Of a DNA stretch of 32,252 nt, positions 16,390-24,613 are shown in pieces. The DNA is from Candidatus Micrarchaeota archaeon (GTDB lineage Archaea > Micrarchaeota > Micrarchaeia > Anstonellales > Bilamarchaeaceae): positions 1 to 32,252 of the forward strand of contig JBFMEZ010000028.1 of NCBI GenBank assembly GCA_040753215.1, given 5' to 3'. Positions within the stretch are counted from its first letter, which is position 1, and the number at the start of each line of letters is the position of its first letter. The position numbers were made by a program, and so were the translations under genes. Below the pieces are notes generated by a model. The model was given only the letters and a program-made list of their open reading frames with translations. It was not told the DNA's origin and did no database searches.

Positions 16390-17141
16390 AAAGATTACTT
16401 CACACAAAACCGGAAAGGAAGGGCGAAGTGCCGGCTAAGCCGGGAAAGCTCTGGAACAGGGCGAAAACAAGGATGAAAACCTTCGCAGCCAGAGCCCTGC
16501 TGGCCGCGGGCCTTATACTCGGCGCATCCATGCCGAAAGCCGCAAAAGCGGATGACGCCTGGCTGGTCGCCTACCCGGCATACTCTTACAATATAGAGAA
16601 TGATTCGCACAACCCAAACATCCGGATTGCCGGAGGCGGCGAGATTGCCTATGAGATTACCGGAAGCGCCGTCTTCAACACTTTCTCGCCCGAAAGGAAT
16701 TCCGCAGATCTGCAATTCGGCCACAGTGAGCTGAGGCTCCACAGGCGCTTCCTTGACTGGTTCGGGCCAGCACTGCAGTACGAGCTAGAACCCGGAGAGG
16801 ATAACCTTAGGGCAGGAATGGTGCTCATTCCGCCCATCGGCGACAGCGCATTCCTTCTCCTGCGCGTCCTCCCCTTCACCGTCCCTACCCAGCACCACAG
16901 CTCAGCAAGCGATTTTCTCTGCGACCCAAAACTCACTCTCTACCTGTCAACCAGCATGGATTCATTCCTGTTCGAAATGGAGCTGGACTGGAACCTCAGG
17001 GGAAAAGCATTATGGCTTGAATCCGCGGTGGATTACATGTTCGCCAGCCAGCTGGGCCTAGGAGTGCAGGTGAGGCACAACTTTGCCTTTGAGGCGCAGG
17101 ATTCCACAGAAGTCCTGCTGAGGGGAGTGCTCAAGCTTTAA
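16386..17141 (+). CDS. Exported protein with beta-barrel-like sequence pattern
   Basis: Basic N-region, hydrophobic ALLAAGLILGA and an AKA cleavage-like site, then repeated alternating hydrophobic strands ending VLLRGVLKL. Confidence 0.7.
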   Translation: MKRLLHTKPERKGEVPAKPGKLWNRAKTRMKTFAARALLAAGLILGASMPKAAKADDAWLVAYPAYSYNIENDSHNPNIRIAGGGEIAYEITGSAVFNTFSPERNSADLQFGHSELRLHRRFLDWFGPALQYELEPGEDNLRAGMVLIPPIGDSAFLLLRVLPFTVPTQHHSSASDFLCDPKLTLYLSTSMDSFLFEMELDWNLRGKALWLESAVDYMFASQLGLGVQVRHNFAFEAQDSTEVLLRGVLKL

Positions 17142-17173
17142 TTTTCTTTTTTCTAAAATCTCTTCCCCGCCAC

Positions 17174-17758
17174 CTATGCCTTCCCATACTGCCTTCTCAA
17201 CTCGGCTATCTTATCCTTAATCTGCGGCTTGGTGGTAGCCGCATATTCAGCCGCTACATCAACAAAGAAATCCAGGTTATTGGAAATCGCATGGTACTTC
17301 TCCTCCATGGTCCTGAAATTCCCATTCGTTTCTTCTTTCATGGAGCGCATTCCATCGTTCAATCCATGCATCTGTTTGTACATGTCCTTTACGTAAAAAA
17401 CTGCCTCATCCATCCTTTCCGGGATTTCGTCCGGGCTCCGGACGATTGAAAATTCCGGGCAGGACCTCTTTGCAACGGGCTTTGCAGAGCGCAGGATGGC
17501 CGTATTTATTGGATTAATCTTATGGAATGTATTTGTGGCATTTATCCTTTCCATGAACCTCTCCAGCCCCTCCCGTGTGCCTTCTGCAACAACCCGGACC
17601 GAGTGCCTCTTAAGGCCGGTTTCATCCAGCTTCTCCTCATTTTTTGCACTACCGGTTATCTCCAGCTCAAGCGCAATCTCCTCCAGCACCGCCCTGAAGC
17701 CGGCTTTCTGGATTCTTTTGCCTGTTATTTCAAATTCCATCCTGCAAATCTCAGCCAT
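17174..17758 (-). CDS. Acylphosphatase-domain protein with C-terminal helical extension
   Basis: ITGKRIQKAGFR...ITGSAKN...VRVVAEG; ~75-aa coiled-coil-like tail. Confidence 0.8.
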   Translation of the reverse strand: MAEICRMEFEITGKRIQKAGFRAVLEEIALELEITGSAKNEEKLDETGLKRHSVRVVAEGTREGLERFMERINATNTFHKINPINTAILRSAKPVAKRSCPEFSIVRSPDEIPERMDEAVFYVKDMYKQMHGLNDGMRSMKEETNGNFRTMEEKYHAISNNLDFFVDVAAEYAATTKPQIKDKIAELRRQYGKA

Positions 17759-17849
17759 CTATTTACACCGTCTGACATCAAGAATTTCGATGGCAAGCGT
17801 TTTAATCCTTCCCCAACCTCTCCGCCACTAATGCCAGTGGTCTCTACTT

Positions 17850-18425
17850 TCAGAACCTCTTCCCTACCATCTCCCAGTCCACCGCCTTCATGAACGCATT
17901 GATATAATCCGGCCTCTTCCCGTACTCCAGCATGAACGCATGCTCAAACACATCCATCACAAGCAAGGGAACGCATCCGCCCAGATGCCCGACATCATGC
18001 TCATTCACCCAGCAGTTGAACAGCTTCTTCCCCACCTTATCATAATAGAGTATTGCCCATCCAATCCCCCGCATCCCGCCCACAGCCCGGAAGTCCTTCT
18101 CCCAATTTTCAAGGCTCCCGAAATCCTCCATAATTTTCTTATGCAATGGGCTTCCCTCCCCCAATTTACTCCCGCCCTTCTTCATGTTCCCAAAATAAAG
18201 CTCATGCAATCTCATCCCGTTGAACTCCCATCCAAACCTCCTCTTCAGTTCCGCATATTCCGGGGTCCCGGCCTTCCCATCTTTCCCCATCGCAGCAAGA
18301 ATCTCCATCAATTTATTTGTATTTGCTACATACCCCCCATAAAGCCCAAAATGGTTCTTCAATAAAGCATCGCTGAACCCCTCCATCCCCAGAATCCCAT
18401 CAAAATTCTTCTGCTCATACACCAT
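17850..18425 (-). CDS. sod: Fe/Mn superoxide dismutase family protein
   Basis: HFGLYGGYV, NGMRLHELYF, GIGW and MDVFEHAF metal-ligand motifs. Confidence 0.92.
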   Translation of the reverse strand: MVYEQKNFDGILGMEGFSDALLKNHFGLYGGYVANTNKLMEILAAMGKDGKAGTPEYAELKRRFGWEFNGMRLHELYFGNMKKGGSKLGEGSPLHKKIMEDFGSLENWEKDFRAVGGMRGIGWAILYYDKVGKKLFNCWVNEHDVGHLGGCVPLLVMDVFEHAFMLEYGKRPDYINAFMKAVDWEMVGKRF

Positions 18426-18429
18426 CTTC

Positions 18430-18897
18430 TCACCTCAGTTTCCCCACAAACTCCTTCATCTTCTGCCCATATTCCCCCTTCGCCACCTCCACAGTTCTCA
18501 GTGCCAGCGTTGCAACCGGCTTCTTCCCGCACAATCTCTTCATCTCCCTGAATGCCCCTTCTGCGCCCATATCCCCCTGTGTACAGAAGAATGCTGCTTT
18601 TCCAATCCTCTCCTTGTTCATAAGGATGTACTCCTTAACCGGAACCGAAACCGTAAATGACCATACCGGCGTCCCTATAATTACCATATCGTATTTTGAT
18701 GGGTCCTTCTCCGGTTTCCTGATACTGGTCCTAGCCCCAAGCGTCGCATCCTTCCCTGCCACCAGATATCCAACCGGTCCGGACCTGTCCTTCGTATCAG
18801 CAATCTCCTCCAGACCCGCCCCAAGGCTCCGCGCAATCTCCTCCGCCACTTTTTTAGTAATCCCTGTCCTTGAATAATAAATCACAAGCGCTTTCAT
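18430..18897 (-). CDS. Flavodoxin family protein
   Basis: YYSRTGITKKVA, IGTPVW and FFCTQG motifs; start moved to MKALV (18897). Confidence 0.9.
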   Translation of the reverse strand: MKALVIYYSRTGITKKVAEEIARSLGAGLEEIADTKDRSGPVGYLVAGKDATLGARTSIRKPEKDPSKYDMVIIGTPVWSFTVSVPVKEYILMNKERIGKAAFFCTQGDMGAEGAFREMKRLCGKKPVATLALRTVEVAKGEYGQKMKEFVGKLR

Positions 18898-18960
18898 AAG
18901 CCAGGAACTCACGCTTCTAATAAATACCTTTCTTTTCACTTTACTTCCAAGTGATGCAAT

Positions 18961-19056
18961 ATGCCGCCGCACTGCGACACCATGGATGGGCCGGTGGCAA
19001 CTGCCGGAATACCTCATGGAGAGGAGGGAAAAGGCGGGCACGGGCATGGCAATTAA
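18961..19056 (+). pseudogene. 31-aa ORF MPPHCDTMDGPVATAGIPHGEEGKGGHGHGN; probable internally deleted DUF6448-like gene
   Basis: HCDTMDGPV matches, from recall, the conserved N-terminus of a ~150-200-aa family; here it is joined directly to a His/Gly-rich tail; GTGA SD upstream. Confidence 0.5.
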
Positions 19057-19393
19057 GCTCAAACGGGCCTACGAAAAGCCATCCAAAGATGATGGCTTCA
19101 GGATACTTGTAGAGCGGCTCTGGCCCCGCGGGCTTACAAAGGAGCGCGCAGCGATAGATTTGTGGCTGAAAGAAATAGCGCCCAGCCCCGAATTGCGGGA
19201 GTGGTTCGGCCACGACCCGGCAAAATGGAAGGAATTCCTCAGGCGCTATCATGCAGAGCTTGGAAAGAAAGAGGACGCCATGAAGACTCTGAAGCAGAAA
19301 ATAAAGGAAGGTTCGGTCACATTCGTTTACGCTGCAAAGGACGAGGAGCACAACAGCGCAGTCGCCCTAAAGATGTTCCTGGAGCATAAATGA
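19046..19393 (+). CDS. DUF488 (YeaO-like) protein
   Basis: KRAYE, DGFRILVERLWPRG, WLKEIAPSPELREWFGHDP and HNSAVAL motifs. Confidence 0.92.
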   Translation: MAIKLKRAYEKPSKDDGFRILVERLWPRGLTKERAAIDLWLKEIAPSPELREWFGHDPAKWKEFLRRYHAELGKKEDAMKTLKQKIKEGSVTFVYAAKDEEHNSAVALKMFLEHK

Positions 19394-19417
19394 ATCAGCT
19401 ATTTATCAAAAAAATAG

Positions 19418-19556
19418 AATGCAGGGGACGATATTTGAACCTGCCGCTCGGGACTGAAACGGCTCTGTTCCGAGCCTAGGGCTCGGCATCCTTCCCCTGC
19501 ATTCTACTAAAGGTTCGGATCTCCCTCTTCTGGACATAATTGTGCCTAAAAGGGCA
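19418..19556. repeat. Structured direct repeat, copy 1 (att-like boundary)
   Basis: Ungapped match to 26098-26236, 116/139 identical by manual count; 40-bp exact core at 19447-19486. Confidence 0.92.
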
Positions 19557-19598
19557 GAAAACTGACCTATTTGCTCGTGAACATTCTATGGATGGCTC

Positions 19599-20537
19599 TC
19601 AATATGGCCAAGAGATTCTACCAGTCGAATTGAATTCATCGATAAAGGGCTTCCATATCTGGGCTTGTCTCGCCTGCTGCTCATTTTCATACCCGCTTCC
19701 CTCCACACCGAGGAACAGGTGCGTGGTGGTTCTATGCTCCGCGTTGTGGTGCTCGACTTCTTTCTGCAGGCTAGGGAGGATCTTCATGAACGCGCCCAAG
19801 TCTGCATCCTGAAATGAGAGGGTTTCAACGCGATAGAAGGGGTGAAGGTTTATCTCTATGGGAACTGAGGGATTGCTGCGGCGCAGGACTTCCCTAACAT
19901 CGTACACGATTCCGGCCTTTATCTTCGCATAGCTTCCTTTCGTTTCATCTGCATCGTCCAGATAGAGCTGGGGAAGAAACAGAAGATTTACGTCTAATCC
20001 GAACGTGTATTTTCTGGATGGACTCGCACGATTGTAATGCTTCAGCTTTTCTATGAACCTGTCAAGCTCTCCCGCGGTGTTTTTCCCCAGAATGGCTGGC
20101 GTTTTTTTCGAAAAGCTCTCAATTCCGACAATGAAGTGGATTGGGTAGGGAAGGTTTTTTTCATTCAGATAATCGAGCACTTCGCTGGTGGCGGCTTTCT
20201 CGCGTGAGTTCAATGAAACGAAGGCTGTCCTTTCATCGCTGCTGAAGACCGCGAGCAGGTAATCCAGGGTGGTTCTTGAGAATTCTTCTGGGTTTGTGAC
20301 GTTTCCTTTATTGTACACAACTGGATGATAAGGCCTGTTAATGGCTTTCAGGTAGCTGGCGTACTGCTTGTCGAATTTGCGGATGTTTTCTTTCGAGCTG
20401 ACCCCGGCGGATTTTCCCACAATGCAGAACCTGCAGTTGAATGGGCAGTTCCCATGCTCGTTTCCGAGAAAGAAAATAGGCCTCCAGCCGTTCTGGTCTC
20501 TCCTCAGAGAAAAACCGCCGAATAAATCGTCATGCAT
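19599..20537 (-). CDS. Radical SAM superfamily protein (divergent)
   Basis: CPFNCRFC (CxxxCxxC) near the N-terminus; VYNKGN and VGIES motifs. Confidence 0.72.
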   Translation of the reverse strand: MHDDLFGGFSLRRDQNGWRPIFFLGNEHGNCPFNCRFCIVGKSAGVSSKENIRKFDKQYASYLKAINRPYHPVVYNKGNVTNPEEFSRTTLDYLLAVFSSDERTAFVSLNSREKAATSEVLDYLNEKNLPYPIHFIVGIESFSKKTPAILGKNTAGELDRFIEKLKHYNRASPSRKYTFGLDVNLLFLPQLYLDDADETKGSYAKIKAGIVYDVREVLRRSNPSVPIEINLHPFYRVETLSFQDADLGAFMKILPSLQKEVEHHNAEHRTTTHLFLGVEGSGYENEQQARQAQIWKPFIDEFNSTGRISWPY

Positions 20538-20547
20538 TCTAGCCCCT

Positions 20548-23364
20548 CTAGTGTATCCTGTAAGCCGGCTCTTCGCTCGGCAGGCGGATCAGCATCCGGT
20601 GGGCTTCGGGAACCATCTTCCTCAAAGCCCGCCTGAAAACCGGGGTATCCTTAGCCCATTCACGGATTTTGCCCAACCGTGCGGCGCTCCATCCTCTTTC
20701 TCTGGCGTGCGCGTTGAACACCTTCAGGTAAGCCCTGAAGACGGAGCTCTTCTTCAGATAGACTTCGCTCCGGTTCTCCTTCGCATCAACGATGGGTAAG
20801 CTGCTTTTTATGGCTTCGACCACGCACTGGAGATAGAATCTTTTGAGGAAGTCTCTATCTGGCTTTTCCGGGATTTCGACAGCCCTGAAGCTGCTGAAGT
20901 CGCACAGGCGGACTCCGCCATCCAGAACGTCGTTGCCGATGTTGCTGTCAAGCAGGTCCCTGAAGCCGCCCAAGAAATTCATCTCAGCAAGCAAGGAAGC
21001 TTTTCTGTCCGCGTAAGAAGTTGTGCCCAAGTTCCTGAGTCCGACCTCGGCGGGCATTTTCGGCCTTCCGCTCACCAAATCAACCAACCGAAGTTTGCGG
21101 AAGTCAAAGAACTTCTCTATGCGCTTCTCCTCATTGCTTTCGAGCACCAGGCAGAACGCGTTGTCGCCGTAGTCATACACGCAAAGCGGCTTCTGGCATG
21201 GTTTCAGGTTGTTTTTCACGAAAAAGGCCCATCCGAGCAGTTCCCTCATTACCTGCTCTGCAGTAAGCACGCCGAACGGAAGCAGCCCCTCGCTTTCTTT
21301 TTCCTCCCCAAAGAAAAAGGTTTCCCGCGGGAAGAACAGGCCTTCTTTCGTCGGATTGCACCCTTTGAATTTTATTCTCTTTTGACTCAGGTAGGCTGAA
21401 CGCTGCCCGCTTATCCTCGCGCGGAGAGATCCGCCGCCCTTTCTTAGCCACTCTGCCCTGGACCGGACTTTTCTCAGGAACAAGGGTATTGTTTTTGGGA
21501 AATCCATCGACCGGAGGATGTTTTTCTCGTGGTCGGCCAGCCCTGCGTTGTCTATCCACTCACGGACGAAATCATGCAACGATAGAGCTCTGCCCCTGCT
21601 CTCATACAACCTGCAGTCTTCTTCGGGCTCTTTCTTGACCACGATGAAGTCCCCAATTGCCAATACGTCGATGGGAGTGTTCAGGAAAACGTCCAGCGCA
21701 TGCTCTGGATTCTCCACGATGGGCTCCCGGGCGTTGAACGATGTGTTGACCACGATAGGAACTCCGGTCAATTCGCCGAAGTGCCTGATGAGGCTGTGGA
21801 ATTTTCTGTTGGTTCTCTTGCTCACAACCTGAATCCTTCCTGTATTGTCAACGTGGGTGACCGCCGGTATTGTCCCCAATTTGTCGTCTCTCACCCTGTA
21901 GGAAAAAATCATGTACTGGTCAGAATCGCTCCCCCCCTTTGGCCTCTCGAAGAATTCATCCACGCGTTCCTCAAGAATGCTCGGAGCCAGCGGCCTGAAA
22001 AACTCTCTTCCCTTGATGTCCATGCTTACTTTCTTGTAGAGTTCCGGCCTCCGAGGATCGGCTAGGACGCTTCTATTGCCGAGCGCTCTCGGACCGAACT
22101 CCATCTTGCCTTGAAACCATCCAACTACGAGGCCCCTTGAGATGAGAAAGGCCGCGGTTCTGGCGATATCGCCAGTTTTCTCGTACTTGACTCTCTTGCA
22201 CCTGCGCAAAGCCCTTTCAATGTCGTGGTTCGAATACTCGCTGCCGAGATAGGCGTTCTCCATGGTGGTGCATCGGTTCCTTGGCATGTCCAGAATGTGA
22301 TGCCAAACATAAAGTGCTGCTCCGAGAGCAGTGCCCATATCATTGGCAGCAGGCTCTACGAATATTCTCTCGAAGGGGCTTTTCTCGAGCACATGCGTGT
22401 TGGATGTGCAGTTCAGGGCGACTCCCCCTGCCCTGCACAGATTCTTGGAACCAGTTTCTCTGTGGAGGTATCCCGCAAAGCTCAGGAGGACTTCATTAGT
22501 GACCTTTTGAAGTGCTGCGGCGAAATCCATGTGCCGTTGCTCGAACTGTTCCCAGGTATTCCTCCGCCTGCCAAAATTTTTTTCAAAACCCTCGAGAGAA
22601 CCAGACCTGAACTGTGCTACGCTGTCGTCGATAAAAAGATTCCCGTTTCCGTCCCACTTTACAAAGCCCTTGAATTTTTTGTAAAACCTATGCGGAGTGC
22701 CGTACGCTGCAAGGGCCATCACTTTACCGGCGCCGTACTCAGCCCTTCCGCCAACAGTCAGGCCTAGGTACTGGGAAGCCTTGTTCCACAGGAAGCCTAT
22801 GGAGTTCGGATAGCCGGTCTCCTTTATTACAGTAATTTTGTTTCCCTTGCCATTGGCGAACATGTTGCAGGCGAATTCTCCTATTCCGTCTGTTGATAGA
22901 ATCGCAGCTTCCCTGTAAGGAGAGGCAAAAAAGGCGCTCGCAGAATGGGCAAGGTGGTGGGGAATCCAATAAAACTTTCCTTCTGTGCTACTACCATACT
23001 TTTTTTCCAAGAGAGCCGGAATCCTCATCAAGAGCCTGTAAAACCTTCTCTCTCCCTCCACGCTTCCCAGTTCGCCGCGCCGGGCATTCCCGCCCAGGGC
23101 AAGGGTTTTCTCCAACCTCTCCTTCGGAGAGAAAGAGTAGCCGATGCGGTCAATATCTTTGAAACTGATTCCTGCCGCCTTCAGGCAGTAGTCGATTGAA
23201 GCGTATGGCAGTTCATGCGGGCTGTCGGCTGAAACGAATTTGCCGTGCCTAATCCTGTTGAACCTCTCCTCTTCCACGGCTGCGACTATCCACCCATTCT
23301 TCAGCAGGCATGCCGCTGGCTCATGAAAAGCCGAATTGATTCCGAGCACATAAACATCTTTCAT
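20548..23364 (-). CDS. NodU/CmcH-family carbamoyltransferase fused to a ~350-aa C-terminal kinase-like domain
   Basis: HEPAA, EEERFNR, HHLAH, GGVALN, EFGPRALGNRS, FRPLAPS, HVDNTGRIQ and NTSFN motifs in aa 1-~580; extra domain beyond. Confidence 0.9.
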   Translation of the reverse strand: MKDVYVLGINSAFHEPAACLLKNGWIVAAVEEERFNRIRHGKFVSADSPHELPYASIDYCLKAAGISFKDIDRIGYSFSPKERLEKTLALGGNARRGELGSVEGERRFYRLLMRIPALLEKKYGSSTEGKFYWIPHHLAHSASAFFASPYREAAILSTDGIGEFACNMFANGKGNKITVIKETGYPNSIGFLWNKASQYLGLTVGGRAEYGAGKVMALAAYGTPHRFYKKFKGFVKWDGNGNLFIDDSVAQFRSGSLEGFEKNFGRRRNTWEQFEQRHMDFAAALQKVTNEVLLSFAGYLHRETGSKNLCRAGGVALNCTSNTHVLEKSPFERIFVEPAANDMGTALGAALYVWHHILDMPRNRCTTMENAYLGSEYSNHDIERALRRCKRVKYEKTGDIARTAAFLISRGLVVGWFQGKMEFGPRALGNRSVLADPRRPELYKKVSMDIKGREFFRPLAPSILEERVDEFFERPKGGSDSDQYMIFSYRVRDDKLGTIPAVTHVDNTGRIQVVSKRTNRKFHSLIRHFGELTGVPIVVNTSFNAREPIVENPEHALDVFLNTPIDVLAIGDFIVVKKEPEEDCRLYESRGRALSLHDFVREWIDNAGLADHEKNILRSMDFPKTIPLFLRKVRSRAEWLRKGGGSLRARISGQRSAYLSQKRIKFKGCNPTKEGLFFPRETFFFGEEKESEGLLPFGVLTAEQVMRELLGWAFFVKNNLKPCQKPLCVYDYGDNAFCLVLESNEEKRIEKFFDFRKLRLVDLVSGRPKMPAEVGLRNLGTTSYADRKASLLAEMNFLGGFRDLLDSNIGNDVLDGGVRLCDFSSFRAVEIPEKPDRDFLKRFYLQCVVEAIKSSLPIVDAKENRSEVYLKKSSVFRAYLKVFNAHARERGWSAARLGKIREWAKDTPVFRRALRKMVPEAHRMLIRLPSEEPAYRIH

Positions 23365-23465
23365 CCAACTTTCCTCCGGTCGCCTTTATGCATTACTGCA
23401 TCTAGTGGAGTGGTTTCCATCCGCTACGCTGGACCCAAACAGCTCTGGTACCCAGAGCTTGCTAT

Positions 23466-23603
23466 CTAGCGGGTCCCTGGATTAATCGAATGCAACTCGA
23501 TAATCCGTCTCACCGCGAGTTCGTCTGACGGCAGGCCATACCTAGCCCGGATTATGCCAATCTTCTTCGCCTCTTCAGCCGAAAGCTTCATGGTTATTTT
23601 CAT
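23466..23603 (-). CDS. 45-aa ribbon-helix-helix-like (DUF2683-like) protein, not in the ORF track
   Basis: MKITMKLSAEEAKKIGIIRARYGLPSDELAVRRIIELHSINPGTR; AGGTGA SD 5 nt upstream; beta-alpha-alpha pattern with the (K/R)YGL turn. Confidence 0.7.
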   Translation of the reverse strand: MKITMKLSAEEAKKIGIIRARYGLPSDELAVRRIIELHSINPGTR

Positions 23604-23650
23604 GGTTTTCACCTTGCAAGGCTTCCTCATTCCAATTATAAAAATTTATA

Positions 23651-23669
23651 TTCTCCAGTTGATGGAGAA
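23651..23669. promoter_or_regulatory. Candidate operator TTCTCCA-N5-TGGAGAA in a divergent promoter region
   Basis: Perfect 7-bp arms next to TATA-like tracts; ATTAAATAAGC repeated at 23682-23692 and 23701-23711. Confidence 0.45.
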
Positions 23670-23711
23670 CAAAAAGATAGAATTAAATAAGCGCATGCGT
23701 ATTAAATAAGC

Positions 23712-24476
23712 ATGAAAGAAGGTGTCTTCGAGAAGATTGGGCTCACGCTAGGTGAGAGGAAGGTCTATCTTGCGCTGCTGGGCTCGCCTCCCGTCACGAG
23801 CGGCACGATCATCAAGGAGACCGGGTTCCAGCGCAGTGCCGTCTACTTCTGCCTTGATAGGCTGATTGCGAAAGGGCTGGCCAGCTTTTTCCTAAAGAAT
23901 AATGTCAAGTACTTTGAGGCGGCGCGCCCCGAGAAGCTGCTGGCGTTCCTTGAAGACAAGGAAAGAGAAATCGAGCAGCAGAAGGAAGAGGTGCGGAAGC
24001 TTCTTCCGACTCTTGAGAAGAGGGCTGCAATGGCAGTGGACGTCCGGGGTACGCGGTTATTCGATGGCTGGGAGGGGATGCGCAGCGCGTTCGACGACAT
24101 CCTGATAACGCTGAAACCCGGCGATGATTATCTTGTGCTCGGAGTCGCCACAGTGCCCACTGTCCTCGACAGGTTCCGCAGGTTCATAGCAAAATTCCAC
24201 GCAAAAAGATGGCAAAAGAAAATCCAGTGCAACATCATTGTCGATGAGGCGTTCCGTGAAACGATTGGAAGGGACAGGCAAAAGGAGCCGCTTACCCAAG
24301 TGCGCTTCATATCAAAAGAATACACCGCGCCGGCAGTTGTGAACATCTACGCGAACAAAGTGCTTATCGCACTCTGGACCGAAAAGCCCAGCGCATTTAT
24401 AGTCGAAAGCAAGGAAGTTGCGGATTCTTTCAGGAATTACTTCCGCCTGCTGTGGGACATAGCTAGAAAAGCATGA
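23712..24476 (+). CDS. TrmB family transcriptional regulator
   Basis: IGLTLGERKVYLALL...RSAVYFCLDRLIAKGL; C-terminal VADSFRNYFRLLW. Confidence 0.88.
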   Translation: MKEGVFEKIGLTLGERKVYLALLGSPPVTSGTIIKETGFQRSAVYFCLDRLIAKGLASFFLKNNVKYFEAARPEKLLAFLEDKEREIEQQKEEVRKLLPTLEKRAAMAVDVRGTRLFDGWEGMRSAFDDILITLKPGDDYLVLGVATVPTVLDRFRRFIAKFHAKRWQKKIQCNIIVDEAFRETIGRDRQKEPLTQVRFISKEYTAPAVVNIYANKVLIALWTEKPSAFIVESKEVADSFRNYFRLLWDIARKA

Positions 24477-24490
24477 TAGTTGAGGGGAAG

Positions 24491-24517
24491 GTTGACAAAG
24501 ATGACAAAGTTGACAAA
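24491..24517 (+). repeat. 9-bp tandem repeat x3 (GWTGACAAA)
   Basis: GTTGACAAA GATGACAAA GTTGACAAA. Confidence 0.8.
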
Positions 24518-24613
24518 ATCGAGCAAGGGGATGCCCCTCACTTTTATCAATTTTAACGCTTTTATCATAATAATGTTTAAATAGTTAATTGTGTTAAAGC
24601 TCTTTGTGGTTTT

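Noticed and set aside
19418..19556. tRNA gene (possibly intron-containing) in the repeat units, here and at 26098-26236
   Set aside because: T-loop-like and acceptor-like fragments are present, but I could not build a cloverleaf with D-arm and anticodon arm on either strand.
23424..23468. Pyrrolysine-type TAG readthrough (a hairpin follows the TAG)
   Set aside because: Another in-frame TAG occurs 13 codons later, and other genes in the window end normally at TAG.
23466..23603. RiPP precursor peptide for the radical SAM/carbamoyltransferase
   Set aside because: The sequence pattern fits a ribbon-helix-helix DNA-binding protein better; no leader/core pattern.
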